Assembly (NCBI RefSeq): GCF_000737315.1
Contig: NZ_JMCB01000004.1
Location: 20,001 to 82,000, forward strand
Direction of reading: 5' to 3'
Length of the DNA stretch: 62,000 bases
Source: Hyalangium minutum
Lineage (GTDB): Bacteria > Myxococcota > Myxococcia > Myxococcales > Myxococcaceae
Below are positions 18,678-28,771 of this stretch, piece by piece; position 1 is the stretch's first letter, and each line of letters opens with the position of its first letter. The notes below the pieces were generated by a model. The model was not told where the DNA came from. It did no database searches and worked only from the letters and a program-made list of their open reading frames with translations. The position numbers and the translations under genes are program-made.

Positions 18678-20188
18678 CAGGGCGTGCCCAGCTTCAGGGC
18701 GCGGGACAGCTCGCGGCTGAGCGCGGGCGCGTCGAAGAAGAGCCGAGGCAGGCAGGCGATGGCGCCGGCCCGCAGCGAGTCCAGCGTCGTCTCCATGGTG
18801 AGGTGCTCCACCAGGACGATGAAGGGCGCGCCCTGGGCCAGGGCCTTGCCCAGCTCCAGCGCCTTGCGGCCGTACGCCGGGGTGAAGTCCCAGCTCACCA
18901 CCACCGCCATGGGAGGCTCCATCGCGGCGATCTCCGTGGTGCTAATGAGCCGCGGCTCCAGTCCCAGGCGGGTGAGCGCCTCCATGACGGTGCGCGAGGA
19001 GGTGGCGTTGTCGTCGATGACGTCCACGCGCCGCCCGGTGGCCGTCCGGGGCTGCGCCGGAGGCGAGGCGATGGCCGCGCGGATGAGGGCACGCACCTGG
19101 CGGATGTCGTCGAAGGGCTTGAGCAGGTAGTCCATCACCCCCAGCTCCAGCGCCTCCTGCGTGGTGCCCAGCGAGGGGTAGCCCGTCATCAACAGGATGC
19201 GGGCCTGCGGGTTCATCATCCGCGCCTGCTGAGCCAGCGCCAGGCCGGACAGGCCCGGGAGGTTCTTGTCGGTGACGATGAGGTCCACGCGCTCGTTGCG
19301 CAGCAGATCGAGCGCTTCCTCGGCCGTGCCCGCCTCGAGCACCTCGAACTCCTTGCCCAGCAGGTCCCGGAAGACCATGCGGATGATGCTCTCGTCATCG
19401 ACGATGAGCACTCGCTTGCGCTGGGTGGTGGGCACCTCGACAGTTGCGGGGAAGGAGATTCGGAAGACGGTGGAAGGCGGCGGCTGGTCCGGCAGCGTGT
19501 CCGTGGGCGCCAGGCTGATCTGCGCCCGGTGTTCCTGGGCAATCCGCTTGCACACCGCGAGCCCCAGCCCCGTGCCGCGCTTGCTGCTGGAGACGTAGGG
19601 CTCGAAGATCTTCTCCCGCATCTCCCGGGGAATGCCGGGGCCCCAGTCCGCCACGTACAGGACGGGTGCGCTGCCCTCCAGCGTCAGCAGCACCTTGATG
19701 CGCCCCCGGCCGCCCATGGCGTCGCGCGCGTTGTTGAGCAGGTTGAGGGTGAGCTGCTCCAGGAGCCGGGCGTTGCCCTGAACGGTGATGGTCTCCGGGG
19801 CCTCCACCTCCAGCGAGATGCGGGCGGAGTCCGGGTTGAGCGAGAAGAGCTTGGCCGCGGCCCACACGGGGGTGGCCAGCGACAGGCGCTGCTGGGGCGC
19901 CGTCCGGTCGCTGGAGAGGCGGACGAAGTCAGAGATGATCTGCTCCATCCGCTCCACCTGGGCCAGCAGCAGCTTGAGCGGGCCTACGGTGCCGGTCTCT
20001 TCCGCCAGCAGCTGGGCGTAGGCCTTCACCCCTAGCAGGGGCTGGCGCAGCTCGTGCAGCACCTCGGCGGCCAGCTGGGTCGAGCCAGGCCCCGAGCGCT
20101 GCAGGGCCGCGGCCGCGGCCTTTGCCGTTGCCAGGTCACCAACCTCCAAGGCTTGCAGGAGATGAGCGAGCGGGGCAGGAGTCTCCAT
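18677..20188 (-). CDS. sinK: Sensorless hybrid histidine kinase with two receiver domains (second degenerate); SinK-like
   Basis: H-box LHELRQPL, N-box NNARDA, DWGPGI, GTGLGL. REC1 intact (TDKNLP), REC2 lacks a clear phospho-Asp. Name assigned from recalled M. xanthus synteny. Confidence 0.75.
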   Translation of the reverse strand: METPAPLAHLLQALEVGDLATAKAAAAALQRSGPGSTQLAAEVLHELRQPLLGVKAYAQLLAEETGTVGPLKLLLAQVERMEQIISDFVRLSSDRTAPQQRLSLATPVWAAAKLFSLNPDSARISLEVEAPETITVQGNARLLEQLTLNLLNNARDAMGGRGRIKVLLTLEGSAPVLYVADWGPGIPREMREKIFEPYVSSSKRGTGLGLAVCKRIAQEHRAQISLAPTDTLPDQPPPSTVFRISFPATVEVPTTQRKRVLIVDDESIIRMVFRDLLGKEFEVLEAGTAEEALDLLRNERVDLIVTDKNLPGLSGLALAQQARMMNPQARILLMTGYPSLGTTQEALELGVMDYLLKPFDDIRQVRALIRAAIASPPAQPRTATGRRVDVIDDNATSSRTVMEALTRLGLEPRLISTTEIAAMEPPMAVVVSWDFTPAYGRKALELGKALAQGAPFIVLVEHLTMETTLDSLRAGAIACLPRLFFDAPALSRELSRALKLGTP

Positions 20189-20320
20189 TCACCCCCGAGC
20201 ATGGCGGACCCTGTGTCCATGCGCAACGCAACACACGCGGAATCCGTTGACCGGAGGCCGAAGCCTGCGGATGCTGCCACCCCCGCCCGGGTCGCCCCGG
20301 CCGGGGCCCTGGAGGCTGAC

Positions 20321-20716
20321 ATGCCGCAGACCAATCCGTTCCACTCGGTGGTGCCCCCCCGCAAGCTCACGGACTCCGAGCTGGCGCGCTCCATCCGGCT
20401 CAACATCGAGGCGGAGCTGGACGCCATCAACCTCTATGCCGCCCACATCGAGGCCACGGACAATGAGGAGGCCAAGGCCATCCTCCAGCACGTGATGGAC
20501 GAGGAGCGCGAGCACGCGGCCCTCTTCTGGCAGCTCATTGCCCGGCTGGATCCCCAGCAGGCCAAGCATGATTCGGAGGCCTCGCGGAAGTACCAGCTCA
20601 TCGTCAGCGGGGCTCCGCACGAGGACGTGGAGTCGGTGGGCGAGGGCGGGGGAGGGGGCAGGGCCGCCGAGCCTCCGCTCCCCAAGCAGCTGACCGTGGG
20701 CAACTTGCGCCGCTGA
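20321..20716 (+). CDS. encC: Encapsulin cargo ferritin-like protein EncC
   Basis: EAELDAINLY and DEEREH ferroxidase motifs. C-terminal targeting peptide LTVGNLRR. GGAGG SD before ATG 20321. Confidence 0.92.
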   Translation: MPQTNPFHSVVPPRKLTDSELARSIRLNIEAELDAINLYAAHIEATDNEEAKAILQHVMDEEREHAALFWQLIARLDPQQAKHDSEASRKYQLIVSGAPHEDVESVGEGGGGGRAAEPPLPKQLTVGNLRR

Positions 20717-20741
20717 GCTTCCGGGCGGCGAACGGGAGCGC

Positions 20742-22103
20742 CTAGCCCGCCACCTTGCGCTCGGCGGGCAGGGCCTCCTGGTCCAGCGCTGCCATGTAGA
20801 CAACATTCCGGGTGCCGCGCTTGCCGCGGTACATGGCGCGATCGGCCATGTCCAGCAGTGCGCCCTTGTCGCGCGCATGCTCGGGGAAGCTGGCCACTCC
20901 CACGCACGTCGTCAGGGAGAGGGAGATGCCCTCGCGCGGGATGAAGTGGTGGTTCTCCATGGTGCGGCGGATGCGCTCGGCCACCTTGAGGGCGCCACCC
21001 GAATCCGTGTTGCGCAGCAGCACCACGTACTCGTCCCCTCCGTAGCGGACGACCACGTCCCGCTCGCGCACGCAGCCCTTGAGCACGCGCCCCACCTCCA
21101 CCAGCAGGCGCGAGCCCACCAGGTGGCCGTGCGTGTCGTTCACGGCCTTGAAGTGGTCCAGGTCCATGAAGAGCAGGCTGAAGGGGATGTCCGTCTGCTG
21201 CGAGGCCTTCACCTCCCGGTCCAGCACCAGGTGGAGGTAGCGCATGTTGTAGAGGTGGGTGAGATCGTCCATGTAGGCCAGATCTTCCACCTCGCTGAAG
21301 CGCCCCATGTTGCGCAGCGCCATGGCGTAGTGGCGCGAGAGGAACCCGGCCACCTCGGGCACGTTCTCCGGCGGCGGGCGGGAGAAGAACAGGACGATCT
21401 GGCCCAGGGACAGGTCCGCGTCGCTCGCGGGGAAGGCGATCACGTGCTCGAAGTCCCCGGGCAGCGAGTCCAGCGAGCGGGGCGTACGGATGCCCTGGAG
21501 CTGGGAGCAGAGGATGGGCTCGAGCTCCGTCACCAGCTCGGGGGCCATGCCGTTGTGGCCATGGACCTTCAGCGGGCCGCCCTCGCGCAGCAGCAGCAAC
21601 ACGCCCTGGGCTTGCGTCTGCGCCTCGAGCGCACTGGCCACGGCCAGCGCGAGCCGCTCGCGATCCAGGGTGGTGGCGATGCGCTGCCCCATCTCCAACA
21701 GAGAGACGTACTGGCGCAGTGAGGCGTTCTCGCGCAGCAGATCCCTCGTGGTGAGGGCGCGGCGCACGGCGTGCTCGAGCGCCTCCGGGGCCACCGGCTT
21801 CACGAGGTACTCGGCCGCGCCGCTCTTGATGGCACGCACGGCGGGATCCACCTTGTCCAGGCCGGTGATGACGACCACCTCGACGCCCGGGTAGCGCTCC
21901 TTGCTGTAGCGGAGCACCTCCATGCCGTCGGTGCCAGGAAGGATCAGGTCCGTGACCACCGCGTCATAGGTGTCGGCATTGAGCGCTTCGCGGAACTCCT
22001 CGAAGCTTCCCACGGCGACGACGGTGTGGCCGGCGGCGCGCAGATAGTCCCCGTACAGGGTCCGGGCCATCTTCTCGTCGTCGACTAGCAGGATCTGCGC
22101 CAT
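20742..22103 (-). CDS. Response regulator - GAF-like - diguanylate cyclase (REC-GGDEF)
   Basis: N-terminal REC (VTDLILP), DDLTHLYN, DLDHFKAVND, RxxD I-site (RERD), GGDEY active site. Confidence 0.93.
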   Translation of the reverse strand: MAQILLVDDEKMARTLYGDYLRAAGHTVVAVGSFEEFREALNADTYDAVVTDLILPGTDGMEVLRYSKERYPGVEVVVITGLDKVDPAVRAIKSGAAEYLVKPVAPEALEHAVRRALTTRDLLRENASLRQYVSLLEMGQRIATTLDRERLALAVASALEAQTQAQGVLLLLREGGPLKVHGHNGMAPELVTELEPILCSQLQGIRTPRSLDSLPGDFEHVIAFPASDADLSLGQIVLFFSRPPPENVPEVAGFLSRHYAMALRNMGRFSEVEDLAYMDDLTHLYNMRYLHLVLDREVKASQQTDIPFSLLFMDLDHFKAVNDTHGHLVGSRLLVEVGRVLKGCVRERDVVVRYGGDEYVVLLRNTDSGGALKVAERIRRTMENHHFIPREGISLSLTTCVGVASFPEHARDKGALLDMADRAMYRGKRGTRNVVYMAALDQEALPAERKVAG

Positions 22104-22122
22104 TGTCTTCCGCTTACCATCA

Positions 22123-22968
22123 ATGCCCTCGGGGCTGCTAGCCTCCCTCCCCGTGGCTCCATTCGAAAGCGGACGCCGGTTGTGTCTGCTCGTCGAGGCG
22201 GGTGAGACGCGCTATGCCCTGGAGGCTACCTCGGTGATGGAGGTGGCCCTGCCGGGCAGTGATGGCACCAGCCTGCGAGGCATGCTCGAGGTGAAGGATC
22301 TGTCCGTGCTGCTCGGCGGCGCCCCCGAGAAGGGGCAGGGCATGGTGGTGGTGTTGGATGTGAGCCCCACGCTGGCGGTGCGGGTCCGCTCGGTGGTGGA
22401 GGTGGCGGACGTGGCGCACGCGCCGTTCTTCCTGCTGCCCGCGGGGCTGGGCGAGGCGCTCGTCCCGCTGAGCCGGGGCGCCGTCCTCCACAAGGGGCGG
22501 CTCTACCTGGAGCTCATCGCCGAGTCGCTGCCGCAGCGCGGCGTCCCCAAGCCCTCCGCAGGCACCCCCCGGCCCGTGCACCTCATGGAGAGTGCTCCGG
22601 AGCGGGCGCTCGTCTTCGAGTCCCAGGGCCGCCTGTTCGGTCTGCCGCTGAGCTTGGTGTCCCAGGTCGTCACTCAGGGTGAGGCCTTCAGCCGGTTACC
22701 CGTGCAGCGCGGGGCGGTGGCGGGGGTATTCCCCCATGCCCAGGTGCTGTGGCCTATCTTCTCGGTGCCGGCGATGCTGGGGGGGACGGCCGGGGTGGAG
22801 GCCTTCTTCGTGCTCACGGAGATGGCGGGCCAGAACGTGGGGCTGTGTGCCACCCGTGTCCTCGGCGTGCTCCCACGCTTCGAGCCCACCGACGTCCCTG
22901 GCGAGTTCCGTGCACCCGGATTGACCGGACCTGTGCTCTTCCTGGACCTGCAGCACATGTTTTCTTGA
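22123..22968 (+). CDS. Tandem CheW-like domain protein
   Basis: Two CheW-like beta domains (RYALEATSVMEV..., LFGLPLSLVSQVV...). True start may be GTG 22153. Confidence 0.7.
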   Translation: MPSGLLASLPVAPFESGRRLCLLVEAGETRYALEATSVMEVALPGSDGTSLRGMLEVKDLSVLLGGAPEKGQGMVVVLDVSPTLAVRVRSVVEVADVAHAPFFLLPAGLGEALVPLSRGAVLHKGRLYLELIAESLPQRGVPKPSAGTPRPVHLMESAPERALVFESQGRLFGLPLSLVSQVVTQGEAFSRLPVQRGAVAGVFPHAQVLWPIFSVPAMLGGTAGVEAFFVLTEMAGQNVGLCATRVLGVLPRFEPTDVPGEFRAPGLTGPVLFLDLQHMFS

Positions 22969-23085
22969 TTGCCCCGGAGGGCAACCCCTAAGCTGCCCCG
23001 CGTGCAGCGAGCGTGGAATGTCTTCGCCTTCGCTCCCGTTTCTTCAATTAATTCTGGGGGTTGATGCCCCCGAGGCCCGACGCCG

Positions 23086-24354
23086 ATGCCGAAGAATCTG
23101 CTGGTCGCCGACGACTCGCTCACCATCCGCAAGGTCATTGGGATGATCTTTGCGACCGAGGACTTCCAGGTGACCGCAGTGGACAACGGGTTGGATGCGA
23201 TTGCCCGTTGCCGCGAGCTGCGCCCGGACGTGGTGCTCGCGGATGTGATGATGCCCGGCAAGAGCGGGTACGAGGTCTGCGAGGCCCTCAAGAGTGACCC
23301 GAACACCCAGCACATCCCCGTGGTGCTGCTGGCGGGTACCTTCGAGGCCTTCGACGAGAACCGCGCCCGTGCCTCCCGCGCGGACGACCACGTCACCAAG
23401 CCCTTCGAGAGCCAGGTGTTGCTCGACAAGGTGAAGGCCCTGGTGGGGCAGAAGTCGAACACCATGCCCGCCTCAGCCGCCACGCAGATCACTGCCCAGA
23501 CGGCGGCTCCTGCGGCTGCTCGTCCGGCCGGTCCTCCTCCTCCCGCCGCTGCCGCGGGGGCTCCGCGTCCTCCGGGGCCTGCGGGCGTGCCGCGTCCTCC
23601 GGGCCCGGGTATGCCGCCGGGTCCGGGTGCGCCTCCGGGCATGACGCGTCCTCCGGGGCCTGGGATGCCTCCTGCGCCGGGTGCGCGTCCTCCGGGGCCT
23701 GGAATGCCGCCGGGGCCTGCCGCGGGCGTGCCGCGTCCTCCGGGGCCGGGCATGCCGCCGGGGCCAGGTGCTCCTCCGGGTGCGCGTCCTCCGGGGCCGG
23801 GTGCGCCTCCGGGCATGGCGCGTCCTCCGGGGCCAGGGGTTCCTCCTGCGCCGGGTGCGCGTCCTCCAGGGCCTGGAATGCCTCCGGGGCCTGCTGCGGG
23901 CGTGCCGCGTCCGCCGGGTCCGGGCATGCCGCCGGGTCCGGGCATGGCGCGTCCTCCGGGGCCTGGGGTTCCTCCTGCGCCGGGTGGCGTTCCTCGTCCG
24001 CCGGGTGGCGCGGGGCTGCCATCTGCTCCTGCAGGTGCACAGCCGCGCAGGCCGGATCCATTCGGTCTTGGAGCTCCCGCGCCTCAGGCCGCGCCGCAGC
24101 CGCAGCCGCAGGTGGAGTCTCTCTCTCTCGATGACGCGCTGCCCGAGCCCCACGGTGCCCCAGTCAACGTGGGAGCGGGCCGTGCTGCGCCTCGGGCCGC
24201 GGATGGCGGTGAGGCCCAGTTGCGCGAGGCGCTCTCGAAGGCCTCCCGCGAGGTCATCGAGAAGATCGCCTGGGAGGTAGTACCCCAGCTCGCCGAGACC
24301 ATCATCCGCGAGGAGCTGGATCGGCTGATCAAGGACCGAGAGACGCAGCACTAG
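23086..24354 (+). CDS. romR: Polarity response regulator RomR
   Basis: N-terminal REC MPKNLLVADDSLTIRK, Pro-rich linker, conserved C-terminus EVIEKIAWEVVPQLAETIIREE. Confidence 0.95.
   Translation: MPKNLLVADDSLTIRKVIGMIFATEDFQVTAVDNGLDAIARCRELRPDVVLADVMMPGKSGYEVCEALKSDPNTQHIPVVLLAGTFEAFDENRARASRADDHVTKPFESQVLLDKVKALVGQKSNTMPASAATQITAQTAAPAAARPAGPPPPAAAAGAPRPPGPAGVPRPPGPGMPPGPGAPPGMTRPPGPGMPPAPGARPPGPGMPPGPAAGVPRPPGPGMPPGPGAPPGARPPGPGAPPGMARPPGPGVPPAPGARPPGPGMPPGPAAGVPRPPGPGMPPGPGMARPPGPGVPPAPGGVPRPPGGAGLPSAPAGAQPRRPDPFGLGAPAPQAAPQPQPQVESLSLDDALPEPHGAPVNVGAGRAAPRAADGGEAQLREALSKASREVIEKIAWEVVPQLAETIIREELDRLIKDRETQH
23563..24009 (+). repeat. Imperfect Pro/Gly coding repeats (about 11 RPPG(PG) units) in the RomR linker
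   Basis: Recurrent cgtcctccggggcc units; reads as Pro/Gly-rich ORFs on both strands. Confidence 0.85.
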
Positions 24355-24404
24355 TTGCCGTAATCCGACCCTGATTGCCTGCCGGCCCACTGGGCCGGCC
24401 TCTT

Positions 24405-27400
24405 ATGACTGACACCATTGAACTGTCCAAGGCCTACGAGCCCACCGAGGTGGAGGCCCGCTGGTCGAAGTTCTGGCTGGAGCGGAAGTACTTCCACGCC
24501 GAGTCCACATCCGACAAGCCGCCGTTCTCCATCGTGCTGCCGCCGCCCAACGTGACGGGCAGCCTGCACCTGGGACACGCGCTCACGGCCACCATCGAAG
24601 ACACGCTCATCCGCTGGAAGCGCATGAGCGGCTACAACGCGCTCTGGATGCCGGGCACGGATCACGCCGGCATCGCCACGCAGATGGTGGTGGAGAAGGA
24701 GCTGAAGAAGACGGAGAAGAAGAGCCGTCACGATCTGGGCCGCCCGGAGTTCCTCAAGCGCGTCTGGCAGTGGAAGGACAAGTTCGGCAAGCGCATTGGC
24801 GAGCAGCACCAGTTCCTCGGCGCCTCGCTGGACTGGGAGCGCGAGCGCTTCACCATGGACGAGAAGTCCTCGGCCGCGGTGCGCGAAGTTTTTGTCCGGC
24901 TGCACGAAGAGGGGCTCATCTACCGGGCCCAGAAGCTCATCAACTGGTGTCCCTCGTGCCATACGGCGCTGAGCGACCTCGAAGTGGATCACGACGAGGG
25001 GAAGAAGGGCTCGCTGTGGCACATCCGCTACCCGGTGAAGGGGACGGATCGGGCGCTCACGGTGGCCACCACCCGCCCGGAGACGATGCTGGGCGACACC
25101 GCGGTGGCCATCCACCCGGATGACGAGCGCTACAAGGGGCTGGCGGGCGGCACGGTGGTGCTCCCGCTGATCAACCGTGAGATCCCCATCATCGCGGACG
25201 CCGAGCTGGTCAGCATGGAGTTCGGCACGGGCGTGGTGAAGGTGACGCCGGCGCACGACTTCAACGACTACCAGACGGGGCTCCGGCACAACCTGCCGAT
25301 GATCTCCATCTTCGATGACAACGCGCGCACCAACAAGGAAGCGGGGCCCTACGCGGGGATGGACCGCTACGAGGCGCGCAAGAAGGTCCTCGAGGACCTG
25401 ACGCTGCAGGGACTGCTGGAGAAGGAAGAGCCGCACACGCTCTCCGTGGGCCAGTGCCAGCGGTGCCAAACGGTGGTGGAGCCGCGGCTGTCCATGCAGT
25501 GGTGGGTGAAGATCGAGCCGCTGGCCAAGCCCGCCATTGAGGCGGTGGCGCAGGGCCGCACCAAGTTCGTCCCCGAGTCATGGACGAACACCTACTTCCA
25601 GTGGATGGAGAACATCCACGACTGGTGCATCAGCCGCCAGCTGTGGTGGGGCCACCAGATCCCCGCCTACTACTGCACGGCGTGCAGCCCGCGCGTGGGC
25701 GATGACACGGATCTGCCCGAGGGTGCGCCCACGGTGCGCGTGGGCGGCGTGGACTTCAACCGCGCCGAGCCGATTGTCTCGCGCCAGCAGCCCTCGCACT
25801 GCCCCAAGTGCAACGGCACGAACTTCACCCAGGATCCGGACGTGCTGGACACCTGGTTCAGCTCCGCGCTGTGGCCGTTCTCCACGCTGGGCTGGCCGGA
25901 GCAGACGCCCGAGCTGAAGACCTTCTACCCGACGTCCGTCATGGAGACGGGCCACGACATCATCTTCTTCTGGGTCGCCCGGATGATGATGATGGGCCTG
26001 CACTTCATGGGGGATGTGCCCTTCCGCACCGTGTACCTGCACGCGATGGTGCGCGACGAGAAGGGCGAGAAGATGTCGAAGACGAAGGGGAACGTCATTG
26101 ATCCCCTCGACATCATCCTCGGGTCTCAGGCGGAGAACCTCAACCCCACGCTGCGCAACAAGTTCCCCCAGGGCATGCCGGCGTTCGGCGCGGACGCGCT
26201 GCGCTTCACTCTCGCCTCGCTCACGCAGCAGGGGCGCGACATCAAGCTCTCCATGGATCGCGTGGCGGGCTACAAGGCGTTCTGCAACAAGCTGTGGAAC
26301 GCCAGCCGCTTCGTGCTGATGAACCTGGGCGGCTTCCGGCTCGACACGCGCCCCATCAAGGAGCGCCAGCTGACGCTGGCGGACCGGTGGATCCTCGCGC
26401 GGCTGCAGCGCGCCATCGTGGACACGCGCCTGGCGCTGGAGACGTACGCGTTCTCGGACGCGGCCTCCACGCTCTACCAGTTCCTCTGGTCCGAGTTCTG
26501 TGACTGGTACATCGAGTTGTCCAAGGGCTCGCTCTACGGCGACGACGAGAAGTCCAAGGACAGCACCCGCGCGGTGCTGGTGTTCTGCCTGGAGCGCATG
26601 CTTCGGCTGCTGCACCCGTTCATGCCGTTCATCACCGAGGAGATCTGGCAGAAGCTGCCGATCCCGCGGTCGGTGGACTCGATCATGATCTCGCCGTACC
26701 CGGAGCCGGACTCGCGGCTGGCGGACTTCGCGGCGGAGACGGAGATGGCGCCCGTGGTGGCGGCCATCGAGGGCATCCGCACCATTCGCGGCGAGAGTAA
26801 CTTGCCACCCTCGGCCAAGCTGGTGGCGCACGTGCAGAGCGCTGATGCGGCGCTGAGGGCCACGCTGGAGCGGTGCAGCAACTACCTGCTGCCGCTGGCG
26901 GGCCTGTCCGAGGTCCGCATCGAGGCTCCGGGCCGCAAGCCGGTGCAGGCCGCGGCGTACGTGGGCTCGGGGCTGGAGATCTACGTGCCGCTGGCCGGGC
27001 TCATCGACGTGGATGCGGAGCGAGACCGTTTGGGTAAGGAGCTGGCGCGGGCGGATCAGGAACTGGCGAGCGTGCTGCGCAAGCTAGAGAACCCGAACTT
27101 CGTCGCCAAGGCTCCGCCAGATGTCGTGGAGAAGGATCGGGCCCGCGTGGAAGAGCTGAAGGCCCGCAAGACAAAGCTGCAGGAGAACCTCGATCGGCTG
27201 GCCCCGGAGGCACCTATGTCCGAAGAGACCCCGCCTGAAGCAGCGGAGGAGAAGCTCCCTGATGCGCAGACGTCCCAGGTGAAGGTGGCGCCGCCAAGCG
27301 CCCCCACGGCGGATGCCGTGGACCTGAGCAAGGAGCTGAAGGGAGAGCTCGAGGCCAGCGGGGAGGTCGTGAACCCGCAGATCACCGACGCGCTGAACAA

Positions 27401-27863
27401 GCTCCGCGAGAGCACCAAGGAAGGCCTGTCCGCCAAGGACCACGAGGACCTGGGCGTGGCGTACATGAGCATGGGGCTCGTGGACGACGCCCAGCGTGAG
27501 TTCGACAAGGCCAAGCAGGGCGGGGAGGGCAGTGCTCAGCCCGCTTCAGCGCCTGCGAAGAAGGCCCCGGCCAAGAAGGCTCCGGCCAAGAAGGCTCCGG
27601 CCAAGAAGGCTCCGGCCAAGAAGGCTCCGGCCAAGAAGGCTCCGGCCAAGAAGGCTTCGGCGAAGAAGGCCGCTGCGGCGAAGAAGGCTCCTGCCAAGAA
27701 GGTCGCGGCGAAGAAGGCTCCGGCCAAGAAGGCGGCTGCCAAGAAGGCTGGGACGCGGAAGGCTCCGGCGAAGAAGGTCGCGGCGAAGAAGGCGCCTGCC
27801 AAGAAGGCTGCGGCGAAGAAGGCACCCGCGAAGAAGTCCACGGCCAAGAAGGCCCGGCGGTAA
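24405..27863 (+). CDS. valS: Valine--tRNA ligase with long C-terminal TPR-like and Lys/Ala-rich extension
   Basis: [13 protein letters not shown] (HIGH), [17 protein letters not shown] (KMSKS), coiled-coil arm ending about KLQENLDRL, then 215 extra aa. Confidence 0.97.
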   Translation: MTDTIELSKAYEPTEVEARWSKFWLERKYFHAESTSDKPPFSIVLPPPNVTGSLHLGHALTATIEDTLIRWKRMSGYNALWMPGTDHAGIATQMVVEKELKKTEKKSRHDLGRPEFLKRVWQWKDKFGKRIGEQHQFLGASLDWERERFTMDEKSSAAVREVFVRLHEEGLIYRAQKLINWCPSCHTALSDLEVDHDEGKKGSLWHIRYPVKGTDRALTVATTRPETMLGDTAVAIHPDDERYKGLAGGTVVLPLINREIPIIADAELVSMEFGTGVVKVTPAHDFNDYQTGLRHNLPMISIFDDNARTNKEAGPYAGMDRYEARKKVLEDLTLQGLLEKEEPHTLSVGQCQRCQTVVEPRLSMQWWVKIEPLAKPAIEAVAQGRTKFVPESWTNTYFQWMENIHDWCISRQLWWGHQIPAYYCTACSPRVGDDTDLPEGAPTVRVGGVDFNRAEPIVSRQQPSHCPKCNGTNFTQDPDVLDTWFSSALWPFSTLGWPEQTPELKTFYPTSVMETGHDIIFFWVARMMMMGLHFMGDVPFRTVYLHAMVRDEKGEKMSKTKGNVIDPLDIILGSQAENLNPTLRNKFPQGMPAFGADALRFTLASLTQQGRDIKLSMDRVAGYKAFCNKLWNASRFVLMNLGGFRLDTRPIKERQLTLADRWILARLQRAIVDTRLALETYAFSDAASTLYQFLWSEFCDWYIELSKGSLYGDDEKSKDSTRAVLVFCLERMLRLLHPFMPFITEEIWQKLPIPRSVDSIMISPYPEPDSRLADFAAETEMAPVVAAIEGIRTIRGESNLPPSAKLVAHVQSADAALRATLERCSNYLLPLAGLSEVRIEAPGRKPVQAAAYVGSGLEIYVPLAGLIDVDAERDRLGKELARADQELASVLRKLENPNFVAKAPPDVVEKDRARVEELKARKTKLQENLDRLAPEAPMSEETPPEAAEEKLPDAQTSQVKVAPPSAPTADAVDLSKELKGELEASGEVVNPQITDALNKLRESTKEGLSAKDHEDLGVAYMSMGLVDDAQREFDKAKQGGEGSAQPASAPAKKAPAKKAPAKKAPAKKAPAKKAPAKKAPAKKASAKKAAAAKKAPAKKVAAKKAPAKKAAAKKAGTRKAPAKKVAAKKAPAKKAAAKKAPAKKSTAKKARR
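27549..27860 (+). repeat. Histone-H1-like (xxAKK)n repeat, 19 AKK units; five perfect 15-bp copies GCTCCGGCCAAGAAG at 27579-27653
   Basis: Read directly from the sequence and its translation. Confidence 0.95.
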
Positions 27864-27874
27864 GGAGACCGATC

Positions 27875-28750
27875 TTGAAGGACTACCTCGACCGCCTCAT
27901 CGAGCTGGCCTTGGACGAGGACCTTGGGGCGGCGGGGGATGTGACCTCCAACGCCCTGGTTCCTCCGGACGCGATGGGCAGTGGCGAGCTGCTGGCGAAG
28001 GAGCAGCTCGTGCTCGCTGGGCTGGATGCGTTTGCCCGCGTGTTCTACTACGTGGACCCGGAGGTGAAGGTCGAGTTCCTCCGGCGGGACGGCGACGAGA
28101 TCAAGCCCAAGGTCGTGGCGGCGAAGGTCTCCGGTCGGCTGCGCTCGCTGCTGGCCGCCGAACGCACGGCGCTCAACATTGTCCAGCGCATGTCGGGCAT
28201 CGCCACGCTGGCGCAGCAGGCGATGACCGCAGTGCGGGGCTCGAAGCTCAAGGTGCTGGACACGCGCAAGACGCCGCCGGGGATGCGCGCCCTCTCGAAG
28301 GAGGCGGTCCGGCTGGGGGGGGCGACGAACCACCGCTTCGGTCTCTTCGATGGGGTGCTCATCAAGGACAACCACATCGCGGCGGTGGGGGGCTCCATCA
28401 AGGAGGCCCTGCGCCGGGCCCGGGCTTATGCGCCTCGGTTGGTGAAGATCGAGATCGAGGTCACCAACCTCAAGCAGTTGGCCGAGGCCATCGAAGAGGG
28501 CGCGGACGTGGTGATGCTCGACAACATGGATGACGAGCAGATCCGCAAGGCCGTGGAGCTCACGGCAGGGCGGGTGCCTCTGGAGGTCTCTGGAGGCGTC
28601 GCGCTGGATCGGCTGCCGAGGCTGGCCAAGCTGGGCGTGGACTTCGTGTCCATGGGCTCGTTAACGCACTCGGCACGGGCCATGGACTTGTCGCTGGAGA
28701 TCGCCACGACCAAGGGGGCAGCCCGCTCCCGCTCGCGCCGGAAGCACTGA
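27875..28750 (+). CDS. nadC: Nicotinate-nucleotide diphosphorylase (carboxylating)
   Basis: [38 protein letters not shown] start with AGGAG SD. Confidence 0.97.
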   Translation: MKDYLDRLIELALDEDLGAAGDVTSNALVPPDAMGSGELLAKEQLVLAGLDAFARVFYYVDPEVKVEFLRRDGDEIKPKVVAAKVSGRLRSLLAAERTALNIVQRMSGIATLAQQAMTAVRGSKLKVLDTRKTPPGMRALSKEAVRLGGATNHRFGLFDGVLIKDNHIAAVGGSIKEALRRARAYAPRLVKIEIEVTNLKQLAEAIEEGADVVMLDNMDDEQIRKAVELTAGRVPLEVSGGVALDRLPRLAKLGVDFVSMGSLTHSARAMDLSLEIATTKGAARSRSRRKH

Positions 28751-28771
28751 CCACGAAAGGGAAGGGGAGTC

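Noticed and set aside
20054-20320. N-terminal extension of EncC in the ORF track
   Set aside because: It overlaps the divergent sinK start; the SD and the known EncC N-terminus (MPQTNPF) point to ATG 20321.
27382-28533. ORFs with PSWPE or RRLRP repeats in other frames over the valS tail
   Set aside because: Alternative readings of the same 15-bp AKK repeat.
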